This document shows positions 9,719 to 19,409 of a stretch of 61,005 nucleotides of DNA, in pieces. A model generated the notes under the pieces. The model saw nothing but the letters and a program-made list of their open reading frames with translations. It was not told the DNA's origin and did not search any database. The DNA is from Paracoccaceae bacterium (GTDB lineage Bacteria > Pseudomonadota > Alphaproteobacteria > Rhodobacterales > Rhodobacteraceae), in the NCBI GenBank assembly GCA_029247845.1, contig JAQWKM010000121.1, forward strand, positions 1 to 61,005, read 5' to 3'. How positions within the stretch are numbered: position 1 is the first letter of the stretch; the number at the start of each line of letters is the position of its first letter. The translations under genes were made by a program, and so were the position numbers.

Positions 9719-10741
9719 ATGACCAGAAATTCAGATCAGCCTGCTGCTGTGAAAAATACAGTGGTGTCTATTGCCGGTTGGCCTGTACAGCGGGTATTCC
9801 GCTTGCTTGAATACCCGTTTTCAAAAATTCAAAAAGGGGTTGGTATCCAAGGGATGCCGTGGATTTTTCTCCTCCCTAATCTTCTATTTTTTGGAATTTT
9901 TGTTGTTATCCCTTTGTTTATAAACTTTGCCTTTTCCTTTACTGGGGGAACGGAACTATTCTTGAGCAATCGCGTTTATACAGGCACCGAACAATATCGA
10001 TTTCTACTTGAGTGCGAGACGTTTGGTGACCCCATAACATGTCGGGAAGATCGATTTTGGAAAGGCCTGTACAACACTTTTGTTTTTGTATTTTTCCAAG
10101 TTTCATTTTTGGTCCTATTTTCACTGATAACTGCTCTTATATTAAATCGCGAAATCCGTGGCCGAGGATTTTTCCGTGCAGTTTTCTTCTTTCCTGTTCT
10201 GCTTTCTCCGGTGGTTGTCGCTCTGATTTGGAAATGGATTCTATTACGCGATGGTATTCTAAATGCTTTTTTAGTCTCAATTGGAATGGATAAAATCTTA
10301 TTTTTTGTCAGTCCAGAATGGGCGATGTTCTGGGCGGTATTTGTCTCAATCTGGGCCCATATGGGGTTTTACACTCTGATTTTATTGGCCGGTCTTCAGG
10401 CTATTCAACCAGATCTTTATGAGGCGGCAGAGATGGATGGCACTTCAAAAGAGCGGGTTTTTTGGCGTATTACATTGCCGCTTTTGTGGCCCAACCTGCT
10501 TGTGGTCGTGGTCTTGGCTTTAATTAAGGGTGTGCAGGTTTTTGATGAGGTGTTTGTTCTGACCGGTGGTGGTCCCGGCACAGCCACACAGTTTATCGTG
10601 CAATATATCTATAATACTGGCTTCACTGAGCAGGTACAAGATTTTGGGCTTGCCTCTGCAGCCTCGATCGTACTGGGGGTTATCTTGTTTGTTTTGACGA
10701 TGCTGCAACTGGCTGTTACGAGAGCACGTGACAATGGCTGA
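9719..10741 (+). CDS. Carbohydrate ABC transporter permease (MalF/UgpA-like)
   Basis: The protein has six or more TM segments. It has the EAA loop 'EAAEMDGTSKERVFWRITLPLLWP'. Confidence 0.9.
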   Translation: MTRNSDQPAAVKNTVVSIAGWPVQRVFRLLEYPFSKIQKGVGIQGMPWIFLLPNLLFFGIFVVIPLFINFAFSFTGGTELFLSNRVYTGTEQYRFLLECETFGDPITCREDRFWKGLYNTFVFVFFQVSFLVLFSLITALILNREIRGRGFFRAVFFFPVLLSPVVVALIWKWILLRDGILNAFLVSIGMDKILFFVSPEWAMFWAVFVSIWAHMGFYTLILLAGLQAIQPDLYEAAEMDGTSKERVFWRITLPLLWPNLLVVVVLALIKGVQVFDEVFVLTGGGPGTATQFIVQYIYNTGFTEQVQDFGLASAASIVLGVILFVLTMLQLAVTRARDNG

Positions 10742-11807
10742 CCCGGGCGCTGACACAAAAAACTTGGCTTCTGTTGTTTTTGCGCGGCGTGGGCGTAAAA
10801 AAATGCATTGGACCGATATTTTCAGCTATGTATATTTGGCGTTTGGAATTTTCTTGATGTTTGGGCCGGTACTTTGGCTAGGAATGTCATCCTTTAAAAC
10901 CCGTGCCGGTCTGTTAGAGTTTCCGCCCACGTTTTTTCCTCTGGGTCAGATTGAGGTACAAGTTGAAGGCTACAAAAAGCCGCTTTTGCTGTTTGATGTC
11001 CAAATGGACGATGGCAGTACCAAGCAATTAGCACAAATTCGTCGGATTGGCATCGTGAGCCAAATGGTTGACCCCAAAAATCCAAGCGAAAAATTTAAAA
11101 TTCCCATAGGTCAACGCACCAAGGTGCGAGAGTTTCGCATGGCATGGGAAAATTACCGAGACCCGTTGGAGCGTTTCAATTTTCTCGTATTTTTGAAGAA
11201 TTCAGTGGTGGTCACTGTGGTGGCAACTTTGGTGACACTTTTAATTAACTCCATGGCAGCCTACGGTCTTAGTATATATGAGTTTCGGGGCCGCAATGCG
11301 ATTATGCTCTTTGTAATTGGTACGTTGATGATCCCAATTACCGTGATCATGGTCCCTGTCTATTTGGTGATCACCAATCTGGGCATGGTAAATTCCCTGT
11401 GGGCCGTAATCCTACCGGGAGCAGCTACGCCGACAGGCGTGTTTTTGTTACGTCAATACATGTTGACCATACCCAAAGAACTGATTGAGGCTGCGCGCAT
11501 GGATAATGCGTCTGAATGGACAATTTTTTCAAAAGTTGTTCTGCCGCTGGCAATGCCGGCGATTGCCGTTCTTGCGATCTTTTCGGTAATGTGGCGATGG
11601 AATGAATTTTTATGGCCACTTATCGTACTCAACAGGACTGAAGTGTACACACTGCAAGTGGGTCTGAATGCGTTTCAGGGCGAGTTAGACGTGCAATGGC
11701 ATTATATTCTTGCAATGACTGTTGTCACGCTTATTCCCGTCGCTTTGGTCTTTGCCTTTTTACAAAAATTCATCACCACTGGAATAGCGAGTTCGGGAAT
11801 GAAATGA
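10728..11807 (+). CDS. Carbohydrate ABC transporter permease (MalG/UgpE-like) with a long periplasmic loop
   Basis: It has the EAA loop 'EAARMDNASEWTIFSKVVLPLAMP'. The start is either GTG at 10728 or ATG at 10734, and both overlap the upstream stop. Confidence 0.88.
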   Translation: MTMADPGADTKNLASVVFARRGRKKMHWTDIFSYVYLAFGIFLMFGPVLWLGMSSFKTRAGLLEFPPTFFPLGQIEVQVEGYKKPLLLFDVQMDDGSTKQLAQIRRIGIVSQMVDPKNPSEKFKIPIGQRTKVREFRMAWENYRDPLERFNFLVFLKNSVVVTVVATLVTLLINSMAAYGLSIYEFRGRNAIMLFVIGTLMIPITVIMVPVYLVITNLGMVNSLWAVILPGAATPTGVFLLRQYMLTIPKELIEAARMDNASEWTIFSKVVLPLAMPAIAVLAIFSVMWRWNEFLWPLIVLNRTEVYTLQVGLNAFQGELDVQWHYILAMTVVTLIPVALVFAFLQKFITTGIASSGMK

Positions 11808-12814
11808 AGAAACCGCTAATTTTTATGGATCCATTTCCGCGTAACCAGTCCATGGTATTTACTTCTGATTGCGCCGCCGCACTCGGTCAAATGGGTGATA
11901 TTGTTGCACATTGGGGATCACGTGCACCTGATGAATTGGTGGAACAGCATTTGGCAGATATTGCTATCATCATTGGTCAGACTGCAATGCCAAAAGAGCG
12001 TTTAAACCGCGCCCCCAACTTACGCGCGATACTCAATGTGAAAGCCAATTGGGAACCAAATATAGACTATGAGGAGTGTAATGCGCGAGGCATCCATGTT
12101 CTTAGTGCCGCTCCTGCTATGGCCCCGGCAGTTGCAGAATATTGCATTGGTCAGGCGATTATGCTGCTTCGTGGATTGCATAAAGCAGATAAATTGTTTC
12201 GGTCTGGCGAGGAGTCTTACGGAATTGCTGGCAATCAGGATGCAAAAAGCCTTTATGACGCAGATGTTGCCCTAGTAGGATATGGAAATCTGGGACGGTC
12301 CTTGGCGCCATTGCTTCAGCCCTTTGGCGTGCGTTTGATGGTGCATGATCCATGGTTATCAGATGGATATCTACGCGCGGAGGGCGTGGAGCCAGTAACA
12401 CTTGCGACAGCATTAAGTAATTCTGACGTTCTATTTCTGCTAGCAGGGGTAACTGCCGAAAACGAAGGGTTTTTGGATCGTTCACGATTGGGAACAATTC
12501 GACCAGATGCCAGCGTGATATTGGCCTCCAGAGCTGAAATCGTCGAATTTGATGATTTTCTAGAGCTTGCAGCGGATGGTAAGTTCCGAGCAGCCATCGA
12601 TATTTTTCCACAAGAACCAGTGCCAGCAAGCAGTCCCTATCGTAGGGTTCCAAATGTGCTTTTTTCCTCTCATCTTGCCGGTGGATTGAATGCCTCATAT
12701 GGCAGAATACGCGAGTCGATGTTGGATGATATAAGTCAAATTCTTAAGGGATTACCACCTTTGCGAATGCAAATGGCCAATCCAAAGCTAGCAGCGAAAA
12801 TGCGAAGCCGATGA
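11804..12814 (+). CDS. D-isomer-specific 2-hydroxyacid dehydrogenase family protein
   Basis: The ATG at 11804 overlaps the permease stop in an ATGA arrangement. The longer track ORF from 11696 would run inside the permease gene. Motifs are 'VALVGYGNLGRSLA' (GxGxxG), 'RAAIDIFPQEP' and 'SSHLAG'. Confidence 0.85.
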   Translation: MKKPLIFMDPFPRNQSMVFTSDCAAALGQMGDIVAHWGSRAPDELVEQHLADIAIIIGQTAMPKERLNRAPNLRAILNVKANWEPNIDYEECNARGIHVLSAAPAMAPAVAEYCIGQAIMLLRGLHKADKLFRSGEESYGIAGNQDAKSLYDADVALVGYGNLGRSLAPLLQPFGVRLMVHDPWLSDGYLRAEGVEPVTLATALSNSDVLFLLAGVTAENEGFLDRSRLGTIRPDASVILASRAEIVEFDDFLELAADGKFRAAIDIFPQEPVPASSPYRRVPNVLFSSHLAGGLNASYGRIRESMLDDISQILKGLPPLRMQMANPKLAAKMRSR

Positions 12815-12830
12815 AACAGGATTTTCTTTG

Positions 12831-13919
12831 ATGACCAAAATTCAGCTTAAAGACATCCGCAAATCTTATGGTGACGTAGAGGTTATTCACGGGATCAATC
12901 TGGATATAGCCTCAGGCGAATTTTGCGTATTTGTCGGTCCGTCGGGCTGCGGAAAATCAACACTTTTGCGCATCATTGCAGGGCTTGATGACGTAACCGA
13001 GGGCACGGTTGAGATAGATGGGGTGGTGGTGAATTCGGTAAGTGCGTCTGAACGTGGTCTGGCGATGGTGTTCCAATCATACGCACTCTATCCTCACATG
13101 AGCGTCTATAAAAATATGGCGTTTGGACTTGAAAATGCTAAAGTTCCCAAAGCTGAAATTGAGCGCCGCGTACGTGACGCGGCCGAGATGCTGCAGATGT
13201 CCGACTATCTACAGCGAAAACCGAAAGCCTTGTCAGGTGGACAGCGCCAGCGCGTTGCAATTGGGCGGGCTATAGTCCGTAATCCAAGAGCCTTTTTGTT
13301 TGATGAACCTCTGTCCAATCTTGATGCCGAATTGCGCGTAACGATGCGCAAAGAGCTCGCGGCACTACACGCCAAAATTGGCGATACTATGATCTATGTC
13401 ACCCATGATCAGGTTGAGGCGATGACTCTAGCCGATAAAATTGTTGTATTACAAAATGGATCGATTGAACAAATTGGGGCGCCTCTGGACCTATACAATA
13501 ACCCACAAAATGTTTTTGTAGCAGGGTTCATCGGGTCGCCTAAGATGAATTTAATTCGTGCAACTGTCATAGAGGGCGCTGATGGCTTGACCCTGACGGG
13601 TCCGAATTTGTCAGTATCCATTGGACAAGTTGAGGGTATTGTTGACGGTGATATTTGCACCTTGGGAATACGTCCTGAACATATAGAAATCGTCTTGGAG
13701 GGCACTGGTCATATCGCCACAGATGTGGCTTTTGCCGAACAATTGGGCGGGGAGGCATATCTTTATTGTGATGCTGCAGGACTTCCTCAGATAACCGTAC
13801 ATCAGCAGGGGCAATTACCAATTGTGAAATCTCAAAAAGTCGCTCTTAAGTTTGACACCGCGCGAATGCATTTGTTTGATGCAAATGGTCAAGTCATTTC
13901 TCAGAGACATACCTCATGA
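12831..13919 (+). CDS. Sugar ABC transporter ATP-binding protein (MalK/UgpC family)
   Basis: It has Walker A 'GPSGCGKST', the signature 'LSGGQRQRVAIGRA' and Walker B 'FLFDEPLSNLD'. A C-terminal regulatory/TOBE-like domain is present. Confidence 0.93.
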   Translation: MTKIQLKDIRKSYGDVEVIHGINLDIASGEFCVFVGPSGCGKSTLLRIIAGLDDVTEGTVEIDGVVVNSVSASERGLAMVFQSYALYPHMSVYKNMAFGLENAKVPKAEIERRVRDAAEMLQMSDYLQRKPKALSGGQRQRVAIGRAIVRNPRAFLFDEPLSNLDAELRVTMRKELAALHAKIGDTMIYVTHDQVEAMTLADKIVVLQNGSIEQIGAPLDLYNNPQNVFVAGFIGSPKMNLIRATVIEGADGLTLTGPNLSVSIGQVEGIVDGDICTLGIRPEHIEIVLEGTGHIATDVAFAEQLGGEAYLYCDAAGLPQITVHQQGQLPIVKSQKVALKFDTARMHLFDANGQVISQRHTS

Positions 13920-14947
13920 GCGGCAAAATTGGCATAGCGGTGGTTGGTGTTGGCATGGCTGCAAAACCGCATGCGCTGGCAATGAAAGATCTGGAAGATG
14001 TACTTGAGGTCAGGGGGGTCTATTCCCGCTCACAAGACGCGCGTTCTAAGTTTTGCCAGATGTATGATTTTCCCGAGTCAAGGGATCTGGACGCATTAGC
14101 ACAGGATCCTAGAGTTGATGCGCTATTACTGATTACGCCACCAGACGCGCGATCTCAGATAGTCTCTTTGTTTGCCTCACACGGTAAACATATCCTGAGC
14201 GAAAAACCTTTAGAACGGACTGTGGAGAATGCCGAAGACATTGTAAAAATCTGCGAAACGGCGGGTGTATCGCTTGGTGTGGTTTTTCAACATCGGTTTC
14301 GCGCAGCGTCTGAAATTTTGCTCGATAAGCTTTCTCAGGGAAGCTTTGGCGCCATCCATGTGATCCGTGCCGAGGTTCCTTGGTGGCGTGATCAGGACTA
14401 TTATGATGAAACTGGTCGTGGTTCTTATGATCGCGACGGTGGCGGTGTTCTGATCAGTCAGGCGATACATACGCTAGACTTGATGCTGCAAATGTCTGGT
14501 CCAGTGAAATCGGTACAAGCCATGTGCGCAAAAACGCCGTTCCATCAGATGGAAGCAGAGGATGTGGTGGCTGGTGCGTTCAAATTCGAAAATGGTGCAA
14601 TTGGATCTCTCTTTGCAAGCACGGCATGTTTTCCAGGGGGCGCTGAAAGCTTAACTTTTGAGTGTGAAAAAGCTTCTTTAAACCTAAAGGCTGGGATTTT
14701 AAAAGTAGATTGGCGTAATGGTCAAAGCCAAAGTTTTGGTGAAAAGGCCCAGACTGGTGGTGGTGCTGACCCGATGGCATTTCCTTATGAATGGCACAAA
14801 TCACTTATTGCAGACTTTGTCGATGCAATCAAAAAGGGTAGACAACCTCGTGTTACAGGCGTTCAAGCTCTCGCAGTCCAACGGTTAATCAGAGCGATCG
14901 AGATAAGTTCACGCGAAGGCAGACAGATCGTATTAAAAGAAGGGTAA
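13916..14947 (+). CDS. Gfo/Idh/MocA family oxidoreductase (paralogue 2)
   Basis: The start overlaps the ATPase stop (ATGA). Motifs are 'IGIAVVGVGMAAKPH', 'SEKPL' and 'GGGVLISQAIHTLDL'. It resembles the 6988-8049 product. Confidence 0.85.
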   Translation: MSGKIGIAVVGVGMAAKPHALAMKDLEDVLEVRGVYSRSQDARSKFCQMYDFPESRDLDALAQDPRVDALLLITPPDARSQIVSLFASHGKHILSEKPLERTVENAEDIVKICETAGVSLGVVFQHRFRAASEILLDKLSQGSFGAIHVIRAEVPWWRDQDYYDETGRGSYDRDGGGVLISQAIHTLDLMLQMSGPVKSVQAMCAKTPFHQMEAEDVVAGAFKFENGAIGSLFASTACFPGGAESLTFECEKASLNLKAGILKVDWRNGQSQSFGEKAQTGGGADPMAFPYEWHKSLIADFVDAIKKGRQPRVTGVQALAVQRLIRAIEISSREGRQIVLKEG

Positions 14948-14951
14948 GTTA

Positions 14952-15977
14952 ATGAGAAACCTCACACTGGGCGTCGTTGGTGTCGATCACAGACACATCT
15001 TTGGACAATTGGGCAAGATGCTGGAGCTTGGATGCACATGCAAGGGGTGGTGGACTGAAGGTAATCCTGAGCCAGTTGCAGGCTTTTTGCAGCGCTTTCC
15101 AGACGTGCCGCGGGTTGCAGACCGAGATAGTCTCCTACAGGACCCGGAAATAGATATGATACTCATCGCTGATGTTCCCGCCCGTCGGGCTGCACGTGCG
15201 ATTGAAGCAATGCAAGCAGGCAAAGATGTGATGACAGATAAGCCAGGTTGCACCACATTGGAACAGCTCGATAGTGTCAAAGCCTGCGCTGCTGAAAACG
15301 GGCGCATATGGTCCATAGACTTTTCTGAGCGGTTTGAAGTGCCTGCAGTGACCCGCGCCGCTGAATTGATTGCCGAGGGTCGTATTGGCAAAGTTGTGCA
15401 AACGGTTGGCCTTGGACCACACCGTCTTAATCGTCCCACGCGGCCGGACTGGTTTTTTAATGAGGCAGACTATGGAGGCATTCTCACTGATATAGCATCC
15501 CATCAGATTGATCAGTTTTTATTTTTTACCGAATCAAACGATGCAGAAATCGTCTCCTCGACTGTCGCAAATTTTGCAAATCCTTCTGATACTGGTTTGC
15601 AGGATTTTGGAGAGATCAACATACGATCTGACCAAGGCCTAGGTTATATTCGAGTTGATTGGTATACCCCTGACGGTCTCCCAACATGGGGAGATGGCCG
15701 CCTAACAATACTTGGAACTGAAGGCTATATCGAACTGCGTAAATATGTTGACGTGGCTGGCCGGGAAGGTACTGACCATGTGTTTGTTGTGAATGGGGAT
15801 GCCTGCGAGTATATCGATGCCTCCAATTCCGCTCTACCTTATTTTGAACAGCTTATTGGCGATGTGATACACCGAACCGAGACGGCTATGCCGCAGGCAC
15901 ATTGTTTTAAAGTCATGGAGATTGCTCTAAAGGCGCAAGCGCAAGCCGTCCGGTTAGGTGCTCTAAGCAAAGCTTGA
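14952..15977 (+). CDS. Gfo/Idh/MocA family oxidoreductase (paralogue 3, divergent dinucleotide motif)
   Basis: It has 'LGVVGVDHRHIF' in place of a canonical GxGxxG, plus 'TDKPG' and 'GGILTDIASHQIDQF'. It begins 4 nt after the upstream gene. Confidence 0.8.
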   Translation: MRNLTLGVVGVDHRHIFGQLGKMLELGCTCKGWWTEGNPEPVAGFLQRFPDVPRVADRDSLLQDPEIDMILIADVPARRAARAIEAMQAGKDVMTDKPGCTTLEQLDSVKACAAENGRIWSIDFSERFEVPAVTRAAELIAEGRIGKVVQTVGLGPHRLNRPTRPDWFFNEADYGGILTDIASHQIDQFLFFTESNDAEIVSSTVANFANPSDTGLQDFGEINIRSDQGLGYIRVDWYTPDGLPTWGDGRLTILGTEGYIELRKYVDVAGREGTDHVFVVNGDACEYIDASNSALPYFEQLIGDVIHRTETAMPQAHCFKVMEIALKAQAQAVRLGALSKA

Positions 15978-16049
15978 AATTGGTTATCCCATTTCACGAA
16001 GCATGAGTTTTACGAGTTACCTGATAAGTGCCTTGCTGTAGCATGGTTT

Positions 16050-17846
16050 TTATTTTGGCTGATCGTCTGTGAAATATGTTTGATAGGCTTCAGCCAATGC
16101 TGAGAAGCCTAACTTTTTAGTGTTTTTATCAGCGGCAATAACGCCTTTAAGATTCCAACCGCGCTGGTGTTGGGTCTGTCGCCTATCCGTTCGAAAGTCG
16201 TATAATATCCAAATTGATGTTCCAACAATATAGTCGGTTTGGGCCGCTAATTCGATTTGTCGTGTCAGGACTGTCGCTTGATATTCTTCGGTAAATAGCT
16301 GTGTTTCGGGACCGTGCAAACCGGCTAGAGCATCGGCACCAGTTTCGGAAATGATCACTGGCTTATCTGGCTTTGAACTTTTTAAAAGTTGCTCCAGCCC
16401 TTCAAACCCGGGTTCGTACCATCCAAAATACTGGTTTAACCCAATCACATCCAGATACGCGGTTAGCCTGTCTTCAATCTGGAACTTTTCACGGTTTATC
16501 AGGCAGGCAGCGGTAATGAGGCGTGAAGGATCCTTCTGTCGTGCTGTCTCTGCTAGGCGGCGCATAAACAACAAGCGCTCATCAGTATCGGCGTTTTCGT
16601 TGCCAATGCCCCATAGAATGACACTAGCGCGGTTGGCATCACGCCTGATCAATTCCAAGAGTTGATTTTTGGCATTTTCATAGGTAGCTTTCCGATCAAA
16701 CTGGATCGCCCAATAAACTGGGATCTCTTCCCATAATAAAACACCCATCTCATCTGCGATCTCAGCGACACGTTCGTGGTGGGGGTAGTGCGAAAGACGT
16801 GCAATATTAGCACCAAGTTCGCGCAAATGCTTAAACCGACGCCGTATGTCTACTTCATCGGAGCATTTGCCTTGTTCTCTATCTTCTTCATGAACTCCAA
16901 TCCCTCTTAACCAAAGCGGATTACCATTTAAATATAGGCTTGTTCCACGCCGTTCAATATGGCGAAAGCCCACTCGGTCAAAAACTATATCCTTATCAAA
17001 GCTGACTGATACGTCATAAAGCTTTGGGTCATGGGGCGACCACAATTTTGGTTTGGCCTTAATTGTTACGCTCGCGGTTCCGTCTCTAACTGCGATGTCC
17101 TCGCAATAAAGTCCTGCGATATCAATTTTGGCAACCCCACTTTGTGGCGCTGACAATGTCAGATCAACCCTAACCCCGTCTGTCGTAAGGTGGATAAGAA
17201 AATTGGTGATGTGTAGCTTTGGAATTTTTACCAATTCTACATCCCGATAAAGACCGCCATGATTAAACCAATCCGTGTGATGCATTGGCACTGCATCTGC
17301 GCGGCGAGAGTTATCGACCTCAATCATGATCAGATTTTCACCTTGCATGAGATGGTGCGTAATATCGGCAAAAAATGGTGTAGATCCTCCAATATGGAGG
17401 CCGCAAAAATGACCATTTAAGAAAATACGCGCGCGTTCGTTTGCCGCGCCCACCCGAAGAAATAGTTGCTCATCATCTTTAGGGGGCTCGGCCACAAATG
17501 TGCGAGAATACCATGCCGCTCCCTCAAAACGATGCCATTCGGCCTGCTGGGTTGTCCAGCAGCTTGGCACAGTTGCCATCTGCCACGCGCCGTCATCATA
17601 ATCACGCGGTATAGTCCAATTCTCAATTGGTTGAGAATCATTTTCAAGCCACCTTTGTCGCAATCCTTCGCGCATTGGGTCGATAGTGAACCTCCAATCT
17701 CCGTTAAGCGATTGGACATCGCGGCCACCCATGAAAATCAGGCTTTCAGCAGTCAGCAAAGGCTCCATGAAAGGGGCCTCAAACTCTTCTTCGTGCAGGT
17801 GCCAATAAGGATCTAATCCATCTTCGAATTGAGACTTTTCTTTCAT
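16050..17846 (-). CDS. Glycoside hydrolase family 2 (beta-glucuronidase/beta-galactosidase-like)
   Basis: The 598-aa size and layout match GH2 GUS-type enzymes. Motifs are 'FLNGHFCGLHIGGSTPFFADIT', 'SHYPHHERVAEIADEMGVLLWEEIP', 'WGIGNEN' (acid/base region) and 'ISETGAD' (nucleophile region). There is no signal peptide. Confidence 0.85.
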   Translation of the reverse strand: MKEKSQFEDGLDPYWHLHEEEFEAPFMEPLLTAESLIFMGGRDVQSLNGDWRFTIDPMREGLRQRWLENDSQPIENWTIPRDYDDGAWQMATVPSCWTTQQAEWHRFEGAAWYSRTFVAEPPKDDEQLFLRVGAANERARIFLNGHFCGLHIGGSTPFFADITHHLMQGENLIMIEVDNSRRADAVPMHHTDWFNHGGLYRDVELVKIPKLHITNFLIHLTTDGVRVDLTLSAPQSGVAKIDIAGLYCEDIAVRDGTASVTIKAKPKLWSPHDPKLYDVSVSFDKDIVFDRVGFRHIERRGTSLYLNGNPLWLRGIGVHEEDREQGKCSDEVDIRRRFKHLRELGANIARLSHYPHHERVAEIADEMGVLLWEEIPVYWAIQFDRKATYENAKNQLLELIRRDANRASVILWGIGNENADTDERLLFMRRLAETARQKDPSRLITAACLINREKFQIEDRLTAYLDVIGLNQYFGWYEPGFEGLEQLLKSSKPDKPVIISETGADALAGLHGPETQLFTEEYQATVLTRQIELAAQTDYIVGTSIWILYDFRTDRRQTQHQRGWNLKGVIAADKNTKKLGFSALAEAYQTYFTDDQPK

Positions 17847-18002
17847 TTAATTTATACTCTTTTACCAAGGTCAAATCATTGCCGAGAAGATTTCAGTTTG
17901 AATATGCTCACTAGGGGAATAGGTCCTTGCCCTTTTATCGTTGGATCACTGCTAAAGGCATTTTGCGTGAATGCTAAGAGAGGGTGTAGTGTTATGATGC
18001 AT

Positions 18003-18518
18003 TTATAAAGCACCTAACTCCCGAAAACGTCCGGCAAAAAATGTCAACGCATTGCCTTCCCGCATCTCCACATTCTCAACTTCTCCAACCATAATAATGT
18101 GATCTCCACCGGGGTAGATTGCACTTTTTTTGCATTCAAATCGGGCCAGACAGTTTTCGATCAGTGGAACACCGCGGATATTTTTTTTGGTCTCAGAATC
18201 TTCAAATGCGAAGGGTGATTTTACGAAATTATTACAGATGTTTTCCTGATTTGATGCAAGAATATGTATCGCAAAATACTCGGCTTTTTCAAAAAACTCA
18301 AAACGCCGTGATTCAATTGCAGGAGACCAAAGAACCAGAGGAGGATTAAGTGAAAGTGATGAAAAGCTATTTGCCGTTATCCCCACTGGACCTTGACCTG
18401 ACGCGGCGGTGACGATTGTGATACCGGACATAAAGCGGCTGAAAGCATCCCTCAACATTCCATTATTATCTTGGTCTGGTTTGAACTGAGTTACCATGCC
18501 TCGCCCACAATCTGCCAT
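18003..18518 (-). CDS. NAD(P)H:flavin reductase (HpaC/flavin_reduct domain); SmoA-like by context
   Basis: It has 'FMSGITIVTA...GITANSFSSLSLNPPLVLWS'. The length is 171 aa. Its ATG directly abuts the stop of the upstream AKR gene. Confidence 0.85.
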   Translation of the reverse strand: MADCGRGMVTQFKPDQDNNGMLRDAFSRFMSGITIVTAASGQGPVGITANSFSSLSLNPPLVLWSPAIESRRFEFFEKAEYFAIHILASNQENICNNFVKSPFAFEDSETKKNIRGVPLIENCLARFECKKSAIYPGGDHIIMVGEVENVEMREGNALTFFAGRFRELGAL

Positions 18519-19409
18519 CTAGGCGACCTCCTGACCCAGAGCAGTCTGATAAAGTTGAAACCAGCTTTGTCTATCTAATTCAACTTTCAGAGCATTGGAA
18601 ATACGCGCGATCCGGTCAAGATTATTAGTCCCCAACACTGGTAGAATTTTTGCAGGGTGCGCCAATAAAAAGGCAACGGCCACTGCTGCACGGTCAACGC
18701 TGTGCTGCGTGGCAATATCATCCATGACTATCCCTAAGTTTGACATATTGGTCATCAAGCTTCCGCCACCCAAGGGCGACCATGCCATCATGGAATGGCC
18801 TTGTCTCTGGTGAAACGCCAGATCGCCGTTTGTGAATGGGGATATTTCAGCAAGGCTAATCTCAATCTGATTGGTGACTAGCTGATTTTTTGTTGCTGAT
18901 TGAAGTAAGTCCCAATCCCATGGCTTAAAATTTGAAACACCAATTGCGCCAACTTTTCCAGTTGCAACCAATTCATCCAGTGCTGCACCAGTGACATGAT
19001 GATCCATCAACGGATCGGGCCGATGGATGAGCAATAAATCAATATGTTCAATACCCATTTCTAAAAGTGACGCATTAACACACGCGTGAATATGATCCCG
19101 CGAAGTGTCATAGTGTTTTACAAGCGCACCAGCATGGCGACCTGCATCGACAACAATATTACACTTGCTAACGATTTCCATTTTTGAGCGCAACGCAGGA
19201 TTGGCTTTGAGCGCCCCTCCCAGAACTGTTTCGGCCGTGTAGCCGCCGTAAATATCTGCCTGATCAAAAGTTGTGATACCCTGATCCAATGCAGTTTGAA
19301 TTTTAGCTTCGACATGATTTGGTGACGTATTGGGATCATCGGCCAGACGCCACATTCCATAGATCAGCTGACTGAAATCAAGCGAGTCTGTGATTGAAAT
19401 ACGTTTCAT
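18519..19409 (-). CDS. Aldo/keto reductase; SmoB-like (6-oxo-glucose reductase candidate) by context
   Basis: It has 'FDQADIYGGYTAE', 'LLLIHRPD' and 'IGVSNF'. The length is 296 aa. Its start overlaps the monooxygenase stop by 1 nt (TAATG). Confidence 0.85.
   Translation of the reverse strand: MKRISITDSLDFSQLIYGMWRLADDPNTSPNHVEAKIQTALDQGITTFDQADIYGGYTAETVLGGALKANPALRSKMEIVSKCNIVVDAGRHAGALVKHYDTSRDHIHACVNASLLEMGIEHIDLLLIHRPDPLMDHHVTGAALDELVATGKVGAIGVSNFKPWDWDLLQSATKNQLVTNQIEISLAEISPFTNGDLAFHQRQGHSMMAWSPLGGGSLMTNMSNLGIVMDDIATQHSVDRAAVAVAFLLAHPAKILPVLGTNNLDRIARISNALKVELDRQSWFQLYQTALGQEVA

Noticed and set aside
11696-11803. N-terminal extension of the 2-hydroxyacid dehydrogenase ORF (track start 11696)
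   Set aside because: The extension runs inside the preceding permease gene in another frame and has odd composition ('MALYSCNDCCHAYSRRFGLC'). The ATG at 11804 gives the typical 'MKKPLIF' start with an ATGA overlap.
12159-12698. 179-aa ORF on the minus strand
   Set aside because: It lies entirely antisense to the well-supported 2-hydroxyacid dehydrogenase gene. It has an Arg/Leu/Pro-rich composition with no recognisable motif, so it is a shadow ORF.
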